Below are positions 27,127 through 36,402 of a stretch of 64,000 nucleotides of DNA, one piece after another. The notes under the pieces were generated by a model. That model saw only the letters and a list, made by a program, of their open reading frames with translations. It had not been told where the DNA came from and did not search any database. Each line of letters starts with the position of its first letter. Position 1 is the stretch's first letter. Origin of the DNA: an uncultured Dehalococcoidia bacterium (GTDB lineage Bacteria; Chloroflexota; Dehalococcoidia; Lucifugimonadales; GCA-2712585); assembly GCA_951812825.1 (NCBI GenBank), contig OX638324.1, positions 4,977 through 68,976 on the forward strand, written 5' to 3'. The translations under genes and the position numbers were made by a program.

Positions 27127-27193
27127 CACCCTGCCCCCTGGCCTACCATTCCCCAATATGGTCCCTCACTGGTGCTTAGGCAAAGGTTTCCCC

Positions 27194-28429
27194 TTACGCC
27201 CCCACCCGCTCCCCTCCCTTGAACACCGCCTGCACCTTCGTCAGATCGAGAATCTCCTCCGAAGGGTCCCCCTCCACCACCAGCAGGTCCGCCCTCTTTC
27301 CCGCAGTCAACTCCCCCACTCTATCCCCCATCCCCAGCGCTTCAGCCGCTTGACTCGTCGCCGAAAGAATAGCCTGCATCGGCGTCAGCCCCCCTTGCAC
27401 CATACACTCCAACTCATAGGCCAGATGACCGAAGGGATAGCTGCCCCAGCCACAGTCGGAGCCCGCAATCAGCCGTACCCCCGCATCCACCATCCGCCCC
27501 ACCTGCTCCACCCGCGTCTTGCGATGCTCATACCCCGCCGAGAGCCTCGCCTCTTCCTCCGACGTCAACCCCTCGCCGTCCCGCTTGGCCTCCAACGCCC
27601 AGATGCCGCTCCGGCCGATGTGCATCGTTGGATTCACCCACACCCCCTGCTGCACAATCCGCTCCACAATCTCTGCGTCGTAGCTGGCCTCTCCCCCCTC
27701 GTCCACAAAGAAGGCGTGATAGATGGCGTCCAGCCCAGACTCCAACACGTTGCGCATCCCCTGGTTGGACCGGCAGTGTGCCCCCACGAACCGGCCCTGG
27801 TTGTGCGCCTCCGCGACGATAGACTTCAACTCGTCAACCCCGAATGCCGGACGGTACGGATAGCTGGTGAGCGTACTGCCCCCCGTCGCAATCACCTTTA
27901 TGAAGTCCGCCCCCTCCTTGATTAGCTGTCTTGTAACCGTCCGAACCCCATCCACCCCGTCGGCCTCGCCTCCCATGAACCACAGGTGCCCTCCGGTGAC
28001 AGTAACGGGCCGGCCGCAGGCCAGCAGCGTAGGCCCTGAAACCTCCCCCTCCTCGATGCCCCTCTTCAGCGACAACCCCGTGTTGTGCCAGGCGCCGTTG
28101 TCGCACATCGTCGTTACCCCGCTCCGAAGCGCAATGCCCGCGTTCCGAGCCGAACGGAGCAGCATCAGGTCGTCCCCGTCGGCGATGGCCTCCTCCCCGC
28201 TGCGTCCCCGCCCCGCCATGTTCGTGTGCGTATGCGCGTCAATCAACCCGGGCAGAAGCGTCGCCCCGGGAAAGCGCAGTACGCAGTACGAATCAACGGA
28301 ATCCCCCCACTGAGCGGCGGGCACAACGCCGGAAATTACATCCCCCTCCATAACCAGGGCCATGCCTTCTTCAGGAGCGCCACCCCGACCGTCAATGAGC
28401 TTATCCGCCTGAATAATCAGCTTCTTCAT
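27194..28429 (-). CDS. amidohydrolase family protein (Xaa-Pro dipeptidase/prolidase-like)
   Basis: PGLIDAHTH, GADFIKVIATGG, AHC, IAGSD, GKRADLLVV.GDP. Confidence 0.9.
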   Translation of the reverse strand: MKKLIIQADKLIDGRGGAPEEGMALVMEGDVISGVVPAAQWGDSVDSYCVLRFPGATLLPGLIDAHTHTNMAGRGRSGEEAIADGDDLMLLRSARNAGIALRSGVTTMCDNGAWHNTGLSLKRGIEEGEVSGPTLLACGRPVTVTGGHLWFMGGEADGVDGVRTVTRQLIKEGADFIKVIATGGSTLTSYPYRPAFGVDELKSIVAEAHNQGRFVGAHCRSNQGMRNVLESGLDAIYHAFFVDEGGEASYDAEIVERIVQQGVWVNPTMHIGRSGIWALEAKRDGEGLTSEEEARLSAGYEHRKTRVEQVGRMVDAGVRLIAGSDCGWGSYPFGHLAYELECMVQGGLTPMQAILSATSQAAEALGMGDRVGELTAGKRADLLVVEGDPSEEILDLTKVQAVFKGGERVGA

Positions 28430-28456
28430 CGTCGCTGCTCTCCCTGCGTTTCTTCC

Positions 28457-29749
28457 TTACCGCTCCGCCAGCGCCTCGGCGGCGGCACGAGTTCCGATGC
28501 CCCGACTATACAGACCACGCAGCGGACGGTTTAGCAGGCTCAACGCCGTCATCCCTGTAAATATCGTCCCGAATCCCCCCAATATCCGCGTGGCATTCAG
28601 CCAGACCGTGTCCGCCAAAATCCCGTTCACCAGGTTAAAGCTCGCCATCGCCCCCTGCAGGTGCCAGCTGTACACCGCTATCACCCGCCCCCGTATCTCG
28701 TCCGGCACAATCTGCTGCACCATTGCGCTGGAAAGCGTCATATATCCTGCCTGTGACAGCCCCACCCCAAAGGCGGCGATTACCGCCGTCGTCAGGTTGA
28801 AGGATAATCCCATCAGAATCGGCGTCACTCCGCTCAGAATCCCCAGCGCCAACAGAATCCGCCCCCGTATCTTCTCGCTCCCCAATCCCGCTATGCTGAA
28901 GGAAGAGACCATCGAACCCGCCCCTATGCCGATCATCAGCAGGTTGCCGCCCTTATAAAGCTCCGCCCCCTCCATCAACCCCAGCCGGTCCCTCGACAGA
29001 ATGGGAAACAGCGTTTCGTACGACATGACCAATGAGCAGTGCGCCACCACCATCAGGAACAAGGGCAGCAGCAGCCGATGTTGATAGACGAACGAAAGCC
29101 CCTGCACCAGGTTGCCGACTGCACCCCGGCTCCGGTCCACCACCCCCCGTGACACCGTCCGAATTTGCAGCACCAGCCCGAACCCCACTACGTAAAGCCC
29201 CAACGAAATTACGAAGGCCCACTCGCTGTAACCCAGAAGCACCACCGGCAGTATGAACAGCGGACCCAACAGCTTTGACCCCTGCACCGTGGCATGATGA
29301 AAAGCCACGGCGTTCACCAGCTTGCTTTTCGGCACCAGATTCGGAAGCAGCGCCTGCGCCGCCGGCATCTGCGTTGCCCTCGCGAATCCGTTGACCGTGG
29401 ACAAAACCACCAGCTGCCAGAACTCCAGGTTGCCCGTAATCACCAAAGCGGCCAGTACCGCGTTCTGTGCCAGGTTCACCCCATAGGCCGCGGCCAGCAC
29501 CCTCCGCCGGTCGAACCGGTCCGCCAGATACCCCGCCACCGGCGACATCACCACCGAGGGAATCATGGCTACAAATGTTACGATCCCCGCCGCGCTCGAC
29601 GCCCCCGTCTCGTTCAGCGCCAACGCGGCCCGGGCCACAATCAGCGCCCACGCCGACGACTGCGAAAACGCCGTCGCCGCCCACAGGCGTCTAAACTCGG
29701 CGTGCTGCAGAGCGCCCAGCATCCGGGAGGTGAAGGTGTCTTTCCTCAC
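28457..29749 (-). CDS. MFS transporter (DUF894/H+ antiporter-like)
   Basis: AGYLADRFDRR, QQIVPDEIRGRV, about 12 TM segments. Confidence 0.88.
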   Translation of the reverse strand: MRKDTFTSRMLGALQHAEFRRLWAATAFSQSSAWALIVARAALALNETGASSAAGIVTFVAMIPSVVMSPVAGYLADRFDRRRVLAAAYGVNLAQNAVLAALVITGNLEFWQLVVLSTVNGFARATQMPAAQALLPNLVPKSKLVNAVAFHHATVQGSKLLGPLFILPVVLLGYSEWAFVISLGLYVVGFGLVLQIRTVSRGVVDRSRGAVGNLVQGLSFVYQHRLLLPLFLMVVAHCSLVMSYETLFPILSRDRLGLMEGAELYKGGNLLMIGIGAGSMVSSFSIAGLGSEKIRGRILLALGILSGVTPILMGLSFNLTTAVIAAFGVGLSQAGYMTLSSAMVQQIVPDEIRGRVIAVYSWHLQGAMASFNLVNGILADTVWLNATRILGGFGTIFTGMTALSLLNRPLRGLYSRGIGTRAAAEALAER

Positions 29750-29859
29750 TGTTACGGCGCGTCCTGACCCATGAAGCTGATTCTACCCCTCAGGGTTGTA
29801 GAATGCCAGAAGAAACAAACTCACACCCACCCACTTACTCTCAACGCACCCCCCTCTCT

Positions 29860-29906
29860 CGTCCACGCGAAGAGCCTGCCCCTCCAGAGCCAGGGCGTGG
29901 CCCCAC
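29860..29906 (+). repeat. composite REP-like element with GAGCCTGCCC insert
   Basis: CGTCCACGCGAA-[GAGCCTGCCCCTCCAGAGCCAG]-GGCGTGGCCCCAC. Confidence 0.55.
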
Positions 29907-30040
29907 ACACCCCAATCCATGCCCAAACAAGAATATGGTGTACAATCTATGACCTTGAATACCGCAAATTTCCACCATAGAAATCCCCTCCTCCGAACAC
30001 TTCTCCCAGCATCAAAATTGGGCAAGCTCCCCATTCACCC

Positions 30041-31321
30041 ATGCTAGTGACCTCCATACGCATCCTCGCCTCCCTCCTGTTCGCCGTAGTCGTTTGCGTC
30101 AGCTTCCTGGCCTTCCTCACCGCTTCCAAAGTCCGCACCACCCTGCTGGAGCCTTCCTTCTACACCCAAGTGCTGGAAGAGAACGACTCCTACGAGATCA
30201 TCCAGATCGGACTCATCTCTAACATTGGCGATAGCGAAGAAGTTGGCGGGCTGCGAAACGACCTTGGCATGGACGACCATGAGTTCGATAATGTGGCGAA
30301 AGATGTCATATCCCTCCCATACCTCAAAACCCAGTTGGACGGAATAATCACCGGCGTCATGTCCTACCTCCGTGGCGAGGTGGAAGAACCCCAACTATTC
30401 GTCGAATTAGCCCAGCCCATCCAAAGCATACGCCAGGCAAGCCTGGACTTCGTCGACCGTCGCATTGAGTCCGTGGAGCAGACCAATCCAACGACGCCGG
30501 AAGAGTACGCCCAAGAAGCACAAACACTAATCGAATATCTGGAAAGCGGTCAGATACCGCCGAGCGCGCCATCCCTTGCCAACGTTCCCACACCCGTGCT
30601 GGAAAACGCCCTCGACCAGGTGCTGCCCACCCTTTCCTTCCTCGACCCCCGCATAGCAGCCAGCCTCGAAGCTCAGTGGGAAGAGGTGCGCACCGAAGCT
30701 CTCAATCAACCGGACAGCCCTGAGGCCATGAAGCTGGCCGCCCGCGCCGTAGTCTCCCCATATATCGATGAAGCCATCACAGAGGTGCGCACCCACCTGG
30801 ACGATCGGGACCGCTTCGACCTTGTGGAGGCTGCCGCCGAAGCCTCCGAATTGACACGACAAGAATTCGTTGAAGGCGCCGACGCCGTTCGAGACCCAAT
30901 AAACACCTTGCACAGCGTTGGCCCCACCGTGGCCCTGGTGATCATGGCCCTGGCCACGGTCTTTCTCGTTCTGGTCAACATCCCCCACCGCACCGCCATG
31001 ATCATGTGGCCCGGCATCACCCTCATCCTCACCGGAGTCGTGGCCATCATCGTGTCTGCCCTGCTTTCCGCCTTCATACCCGAGGCATCCTCCGAGATTT
31101 GCGACGACGCTGCGGACTTCGTTTGCGAGCCCACCCTGGACATCCTCCTGGAATTGTCCCGCGCTCTGGGCAACTTCCCCCTATTGCCCTCCGTAGCCCT
31201 CATCGTCATCGGCAGCCTGGGTTCCGCCGCCGCCATTCTCATGTCAATGGACGCCGTCTCCTCTTCCGGCCCAAGGCCACCCTCCAGTATGGCCGACAAC
31301 AAGCCAAAGGAAGGCTGGTAA
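30041..31321 (+). CDS. hypothetical membrane protein (N-terminal TM, acidic soluble domain, about 3 C-terminal TM)
   Basis: 426-aa ORF with local C-rich codon usage; hydropathy read by eye. Confidence 0.75.
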   Translation: MLVTSIRILASLLFAVVVCVSFLAFLTASKVRTTLLEPSFYTQVLEENDSYEIIQIGLISNIGDSEEVGGLRNDLGMDDHEFDNVAKDVISLPYLKTQLDGIITGVMSYLRGEVEEPQLFVELAQPIQSIRQASLDFVDRRIESVEQTNPTTPEEYAQEAQTLIEYLESGQIPPSAPSLANVPTPVLENALDQVLPTLSFLDPRIAASLEAQWEEVRTEALNQPDSPEAMKLAARAVVSPYIDEAITEVRTHLDDRDRFDLVEAAAEASELTRQEFVEGADAVRDPINTLHSVGPTVALVIMALATVFLVLVNIPHRTAMIMWPGITLILTGVVAIIVSALLSAFIPEASSEICDDAADFVCEPTLDILLELSRALGNFPLLPSVALIVIGSLGSAAAILMSMDAVSSSGPRPPSSMADNKPKEGW

Positions 31322-31341
31322 ACCCCCTCTCCACTCCCTCC

Positions 31342-31466
31342 CGTCATGCCGGTGAAAACCGGAATCCAGTCCCCTTAGCCCGCCCCAACCACGCTTCCCG
31401 TAGGGGCTGGTTTCAAACCGGCCCGACTCCATCCCTGCACGTCGTTCCCGGCCCGGCGAAGAATCC
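31342..31466 (+). repeat. REP cluster (CGTC-type, GTAG-type and degenerate copy)
   Basis: 31342-31370 CGTCATGCCGGTGAAAACCGGAATCCAGT; 31399-31424 CGTAGGGGCTGGTTTCAAACCGGCCC; 31441-31466 degenerate. Confidence 0.75.
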
Positions 31467-31553
31467 CTTACCCGCACCAGCGTCCCACGCGTCGACAATC
31501 ATCCCCCCCGATGATACCCTTGGCACTCCCTATGCTACGCGAAAGGCGACGTA

Positions 31554-32210
31554 ATGGCTGAACAGACTACCAACCCCCAGGAACCCGCAATTGGCCACTT
31601 CCCCCTATTCGGAGAATACGAGGCAATGGTCGCCGAGGAACTGGAAGGCCTGACTGACCCTCAGCTGGACTGGACAAGCCCCAACTGGGGATGGTCCGGC
31701 TGGAGCATCCGCAACAACATCAGCCACGTCGCCTCCCACCTCTTCCGATGGTACATCCTCCGCTGGGGAGACCAGATCTTCCCCGAAGGCATCCCCTACC
31801 GCGACGAAGTCGACTACCTGGCCGCCCTTCCCCATCGGCAGCTCGATAAGGAGCAGTGGTGGGAGATTAACGTGATTCTTGGCAAGCTCGGCGAGGCCAT
31901 CGAAATGGTCCACGGAATTCTCAGAAGGGAAACTATGGACTCCCTCCTAGCCAAGACCATCGAAATGGAAGGCCCCGGCTTCTATGACCCTATTGCCCAC
32001 AGATACCCCGGCACCCTGCTTCCCCACCCCACCGACCCCAACCTCCGCATCTTCACCCTGGAAGGATGCTTCCATCACAGCGAAGGCGAACTCGTCACCC
32101 ACCTCTACAACTGCCAGCGACTAAAGCGCGCCCAAGGCCTCACGGCCCGCGTAGAACTCCCCAAGATCGGCTACTGGACCCTCCCCGACTGGGACACCAC
32201 CGAGCCGTAG
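31554..32210 (+). CDS. DinB/YfiT-like family protein
   Basis: LEGLTDPQLDW....WSIRNNISHVA and C-terminal H..H/E-x3-H..N pattern. Confidence 0.6.
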   Translation: MAEQTTNPQEPAIGHFPLFGEYEAMVAEELEGLTDPQLDWTSPNWGWSGWSIRNNISHVASHLFRWYILRWGDQIFPEGIPYRDEVDYLAALPHRQLDKEQWWEINVILGKLGEAIEMVHGILRRETMDSLLAKTIEMEGPGFYDPIAHRYPGTLLPHPTDPNLRIFTLEGCFHHSEGELVTHLYNCQRLKRAQGLTARVELPKIGYWTLPDWDTTEP

Positions 32211-32243
32211 CCTCATTCTCCTACCTCTTTCCCCTCCCCCACA

Positions 32244-32355
32244 TGTCATTCTGTGCGCAGCGAAGCGGAGTCGAAGAATCTCGTTACCGAGAGTCAAAAC
32301 CCGTCCCATCTCCCAAGGCTCCCCTCTTGTTCCTGCGAAGGCAGGAACCCATCTT
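32244..32355 (+). repeat. two REP-like palindromes
   Basis: 32244-32282 TGTCATTCTGTGCGCAGCGAAGCGGAGTCGAAGAATCTC; 32326-32355 CTTGTTCCTGCGAAGGCAGGAACCCATCTT. Confidence 0.7.
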
Positions 32356-32464
32356 CATCCCCTCTCTCGTCCCATCGTATACAGCAATCCCACCACCTCA
32401 ACCCGGTTGGCCGTTTTCCCGCTGGACTGCTATAATACCCCCTTGCCCGCGTTCGGGATGTCGG

Positions 32465-32540
32465 GGGCGGTTGGCTCAGTGGTTAGAGCGCCTCGTTCAC
32501 ACCGAGGAGGTCGTTGGTTCAAATCCATCACCGCCCACCA
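32465..32540 (+). tRNA. tRNA-Val(CAC)
   Basis: GGGCGGT/ACCGCCC acceptor stem, CCTCG-TTCACAC-CGAGG anticodon arm, TTCAAAT T-loop, encoded CCA. Confidence 0.95.
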
Positions 32541-32558
32541 CTCAGACGCGGCAATTGG

Positions 32559-32644
32559 GCCGAGGTGGCGGAACGGCAGACGCGCTGTGTTCAGGGCGCA
32601 GTGTCCTTACGGGCGTGTGGGTTCAAATCCCACCCTCGGCACCA
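32559..32644 (+). tRNA. tRNA-Leu(CAG)
   Basis: GCCGAGG acceptor, CTGTG-TTCAGGG-CGCAG arm, long variable arm, CCA end. Confidence 0.95.
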
Positions 32645-32657
32645 GAAGTTGGCTCAA

Positions 32658-32734
32658 GCGCTTGTAGCTCAGCTGGATAGAGCGCAGCCCTGCGGAGGCT
32701 GAGGTCGTGGGTTCGAATCCCGCCAAGCGCGCCA
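32658..32734 (+). tRNA. tRNA-Arg(GCG)
   Basis: GCGCTTG/CAAGCGC acceptor, A20 in D-loop, CAGCC-CTGCGGA-GGCTG arm, G73, CCA. Confidence 0.92.
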
Positions 32735-32776
32735 TCCCTTCTCCCATGTCCCCACGTATTCAAACCTCGGAATAGC

Positions 32777-32805
32777 CGTCATTCCGGTGAAAACCGGAAT
32801 CCAGT
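32777..32805 (+). repeat. CGTC-type REP
   Basis: CGTCATTCCGGTGAAAACCGGAATCCAGT, one mismatch from the 31342 copy. Confidence 0.8.
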
Positions 32806-32832
32806 TCCCCCTCCTCCCTCAACCCCTCCCAA

Positions 32833-32860
32833 TTGACGCCTTCCCCTCGTTGGGTATAAT
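32833..32860 (+). promoter_or_regulatory. sigma70 promoter TTGACG-16-TATAAT
   Basis: Near-consensus hexamers about 95 nt upstream of ATG 32957. Confidence 0.65.
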
Positions 32861-32956
32861 GGAGTTACCGGCCTTGCAAAGAGGCCTCTGCTCAACGCCT
32901 TTTATGGTTCAGGTTTAATCGGCGACTACGCAGAATACGCAGTAGGGAGGGAAAAT

Positions 32957-33787
32957 ATGGCAGAAACCAACGCACAGCAGATGACCGCAATGGACGGCCC
33001 CGCCAAGGGCGGTCCCGTTTCCATCGAAGCAGGTGACATCCAATTCTATATGAGGCACCGAGACCTGCTTAACGACCAGGGCGTTTGCCTCATGGTTATG
33101 GGCCCCGTGGAGGGCAAGCAGACGGAACTTCTCCGCTTCGACTGCTTCGACCAGACCCCCCACTACCACTACGGACCCACCACCATCAACGAACGTCACA
33201 ACCTCGACAAGACCACCGCCGGCAACCCCATCGGCTGGGCCATGAGCCAGCTTCGCAGCAACTTCGGCACCATGCTCACCAAGGCCGGCGCCGAAGACCT
33301 CGCTGCCCAGGCTGACTCCGACCAGGTCCAGGGTAAGCTCGACGAAGTCGAAGCCGCCGCCCGCGAGATGGCACTCTCCCAGCGAAGTACCGTCACCCAC
33401 AACCGCGGCGACCGCATCTTCGAGATGGGCAACATCAAGTTCGGCTTGGAATTCCGTCAGCTCTCCATCGGACAGGGCCTCGCCATCCACGTCCTCGGCG
33501 ACGTTGCTGGACAGGAAGTCGAGCTCCTCGCCTTCGACTGCTTCGACCGCGGCCCCCACTACCACTACGGCCCCCGCAACAAGAACATCCGCCTCTACTG
33601 GGACCAGACCATCGTCCCAGACACCCTTCGCTGGACCCTCGACCAGTTCAAGGCGCGTAAGCTCCCCGACATGCTCAACAAGGCGGGCTACCCCGGCATC
33701 GTCCAGGAACTCGACCTGGACCTCATCGACGCCACCCTCCCCGCCATCGAGTCCGCCGCCATGGAAATGGTCGCCCAAAACTCCTAG
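32957..33787 (+). CDS. hypothetical protein with two tandem FDCF..PHYHYGP domains (DUF7700-like)
   Basis: ELLRFDCFDQTPHYHYGP and ELLAFDCFDRGPHYHYGP; GGGAGG RBS; hairpin 33798-33825 after stop. Confidence 0.8.
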   Translation: MAETNAQQMTAMDGPAKGGPVSIEAGDIQFYMRHRDLLNDQGVCLMVMGPVEGKQTELLRFDCFDQTPHYHYGPTTINERHNLDKTTAGNPIGWAMSQLRSNFGTMLTKAGAEDLAAQADSDQVQGKLDEVEAAAREMALSQRSTVTHNRGDRIFEMGNIKFGLEFRQLSIGQGLAIHVLGDVAGQEVELLAFDCFDRGPHYHYGPRNKNIRLYWDQTIVPDTLRWTLDQFKARKLPDMLNKAGYPGIVQELDLDLIDATLPAIESAAMEMVAQNS

Positions 33788-33876
33788 AAAGACCAAAGCC
33801 GGCGGCTCCACAGCGGGCCGCCGGCTGCCACATAAAACCCGACTAAGAGGCTAGGGTCTCGCCCCCGCCTTGGATA

Positions 33877-33902
33877 CGTAGGGGCAGGTTTATAAGCTGC
33901 CT
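33877..33902 (+). repeat. GTAG-type REP
   Basis: CGTAGGGGCAGGTTTATAAGCTGCCT. Confidence 0.6.
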
Positions 33903-33976
33903 TTTGTTATGCCGCCTTGCTCGCCCCAAGCCTGACGAGAATTCCCCACTATTGCGGATAACGCCATTTTCGTGGG

Positions 33977-35074
33977 ATGAGAGTTACCTCAGATGGAGGT
34001 TCCATTAACTTGGCATCAAGAGACCAGAATGGGTCGGATGCTCTCGCGCAGGTCTTCAAGAGGTTCTCTGTGGAAGCTCATGTCGGCAGTTCACCGCTCT
34101 ATGCTTCTCTGGCCGACGGCATCTCCAACGACCCTGACCTGCTTGCCCTAGCTTCATCTGCGACCCACCGACCTATACCCAACCTCCTCTTTGGAGCCGT
34201 TCACTATCTGCTCCTCAGAGGTGCAAATGACAAACTCTCATCCTTCTATCCCAGCATGACACGCGAGTTCCGGTCAGGAATCGATGCCTATCCTTACTTT
34301 CGTGCATTCTGCCTGGAATATGAACACAATATCAGGGACCTTCTGTCTAGCAGGCTGGTGCAGACCAACGAAGTCGCGAGATGCTCATACCTGCTGCCTG
34401 CCTTCGCCTTCATAGCAGGCCAAAATCCGGGCTTCCCCCTATCTATCGTGGACATAGGCGCAAGCGCGGGTTTGCATCTGCTCTGGAATCGGTACTGTTA
34501 TGAGTACAATATCAAAGTCGTGGGCGACGAGTTGTCAAGGGTTCGAATAAGAGCCAAAGTTCGCGGCGGCAACCCTCCTCCAATCCCGAACATCTTTCCA
34601 CGAATAGCGTTCCAGATTGGTCTTGACCTCAATCCTGTACATTTGACTGATCCGGATTCGGCGCTCTGGTTGAGAGCCTTGGTCTGGCCGGAACATAAAG
34701 CCCGGGCTATCCAACTCAAAGCGGCTACAAAGCTAGCGATCGACAACCCTCCGTCTCTGATTGCTGGCGATGCCCTGGAAACTCTCCCTTCAGTCCTAAA
34801 CCAAGTTCCTCCTGATTCGACTCTCTGTATATTCCATGCCCACACCCTTAATCAGTTCTCGCTGGACGAAAGGGCCCGATTTGACTCTCTGCTGGATGAG
34901 TATTCGATGGAGAATGATGTGCACCTACTCTCCGCTGAAATGCTCACCAGGGTGGATTACGGGACTCTAAATTTGGTCTCAATTCGAGGAGGAGCCAGAG
35001 AGTACCGCAAACTAGCGGACGTTGATGCTCACGGCAGTTGGTTGGAGTGGACCGATGACTCCATAACCAAGTGA
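33977..35074 (+). CDS. DUF2332 family protein
   Basis: SPLY..L, L..AVHY, VQTNEVARC..LLP, DIGASAGL.L, L.ALVWPEH. Confidence 0.85.
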   Translation: MRVTSDGGSINLASRDQNGSDALAQVFKRFSVEAHVGSSPLYASLADGISNDPDLLALASSATHRPIPNLLFGAVHYLLLRGANDKLSSFYPSMTREFRSGIDAYPYFRAFCLEYEHNIRDLLSSRLVQTNEVARCSYLLPAFAFIAGQNPGFPLSIVDIGASAGLHLLWNRYCYEYNIKVVGDELSRVRIRAKVRGGNPPPIPNIFPRIAFQIGLDLNPVHLTDPDSALWLRALVWPEHKARAIQLKAATKLAIDNPPSLIAGDALETLPSVLNQVPPDSTLCIFHAHTLNQFSLDERARFDSLLDEYSMENDVHLLSAEMLTRVDYGTLNLVSIRGGAREYRKLADVDAHGSWLEWTDDSITK

Positions 35075-35114
35075 AGGAAGGAATGCCGCTGGCCTATTCT
35101 TGAGGTACAAAACA

Positions 35115-35154
35115 AACCGGCCAAGGCTTACGCAGCCTTGGCCGGTTCCTTTTT
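35115..35154. terminator. bidirectional intrinsic terminator
   Basis: Perfect 14-bp stem AACCGGCCAAGGCT/AGCCTTGGCCGGTT with A-rich left and T-tract right, between convergent genes. Confidence 0.85.
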
Positions 35155-35188
35155 CTATAACTTTGCCGGGGTCTTCAGGGCACAGAAA

Positions 35189-36310
35189 CTAAAATCCGTA
35201 AACCCGCGCCGCGTTCTCCCCCACAATCATCGCCTTCTCTTCCTCCGGCACACCCTCAAGAATCTCGTCCAGAATCTCAATCGACTTCGGGAACGTCGAC
35301 TCCGAGTGCGGGTAGTCCGACCCCCACATCAGGTTCTCCACCCCAATCACGTGCCGCATCTGAATCCCCAGCGCGTCCTCTTGGAAGCTGTGGTACACGT
35401 TGCTCCTCATGAAATCGCTGGGCATCTTGCCGTCCTTGAACCGCATAGCCAGCGACTCCTGCTTCTCCTCGTACGCAATGTCAATGCGCCCGATGAAGTA
35501 GGGAAGCCAGCCCAGTTCGTGCTCCACCTCCGCCACCTTCAGCCGTGGATACCTCTCCAACACGCCGGAGAAGATGATGTGGCACAGCGACATACGGACC
35601 CAGTAGTCGTGCTGCACGTAGGATGCCGTGCTTGTCGTGGTGACGCCTCTGTCGATCGGGTCCGCCTTCGGCCGGTTCGTCGTCACATGCAGATTCACCG
35701 TAACGTCGTTCTCCTCGCACATGGCCCAGAAAGGCTCGTAGATGGGATTGTCGTAGGTCCGGTCTGCCCTCGGGTAGCTTGGGATCATCACCGTCCTTAT
35801 GCCCTGCTCCGCCACCCTCTGCGTCTCCTCGATGGCAAGTTGAACGTCCTCGTCCACTAGAATCATGGCGGCGCCCTTCAACCTCTCTGGGTAGGCGTTG
35901 CAAAACTCTGCCAGCCAGTCGTTATAGGCGGCAAATATCCCCCGAGCCAGGTCCGGGTCCTCCACGTCTCTATACAGCGCCAACCCTATCGATGGATAGA
36001 CCAGTCCGCCATACACCCCGTCCACGTCCATGTCCTTCACGTGCTCTTTGGGAATATACCCACCCGGGCGAACGTCGTCGAAGCTTCCTTTCAGGACAAT
36101 ATCCTCGGGCCGTTCGAATCTGAATCCGGCCTGGGCGATAGCACCAACGCCGCCCGTCTCCTTGTTGTCGACGATCCAGGCGTCGATGTCTCCCGCCGGG
36201 ACCATATGCGGAATCCTGTTGCCAAACCTGTCCCGGTCCATGCGCTCCATCCAGACGTTGGGCGGTTCCACCACGTGGGAATCCGAAGAAATAACCTTGC
36301 TCTTTGACAC
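35189..36310 (-). CDS. amidohydrolase_2 family protein
   Basis: ISSDSHVVEP, DMDVDGV, AYNDWLAEFC..PERL, MWGSDYPH. Confidence 0.9.
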   Translation of the reverse strand: MSKSKVISSDSHVVEPPNVWMERMDRDRFGNRIPHMVPAGDIDAWIVDNKETGGVGAIAQAGFRFERPEDIVLKGSFDDVRPGGYIPKEHVKDMDVDGVYGGLVYPSIGLALYRDVEDPDLARGIFAAYNDWLAEFCNAYPERLKGAAMILVDEDVQLAIEETQRVAEQGIRTVMIPSYPRADRTYDNPIYEPFWAMCEENDVTVNLHVTTNRPKADPIDRGVTTTSTASYVQHDYWVRMSLCHIIFSGVLERYPRLKVAEVEHELGWLPYFIGRIDIAYEEKQESLAMRFKDGKMPSDFMRSNVYHSFQEDALGIQMRHVIGVENLMWGSDYPHSESTFPKSIEILDEILEGVPEEEKAMIVGENAARVYGF

Positions 36311-36402
36311 CTTAACGCCTCCACCAAAGATAATTTTGCCAGCATTCTACGCTTTTTGACCCAAACGCGCCACCCTCTGAACCTAAACCGCCCCCCATCC
36401 CC

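Noticed and set aside
32465-32734. tRNA-anchored prophage or island
   Set aside because: No integrase and no repeated tRNA 3' fragment found
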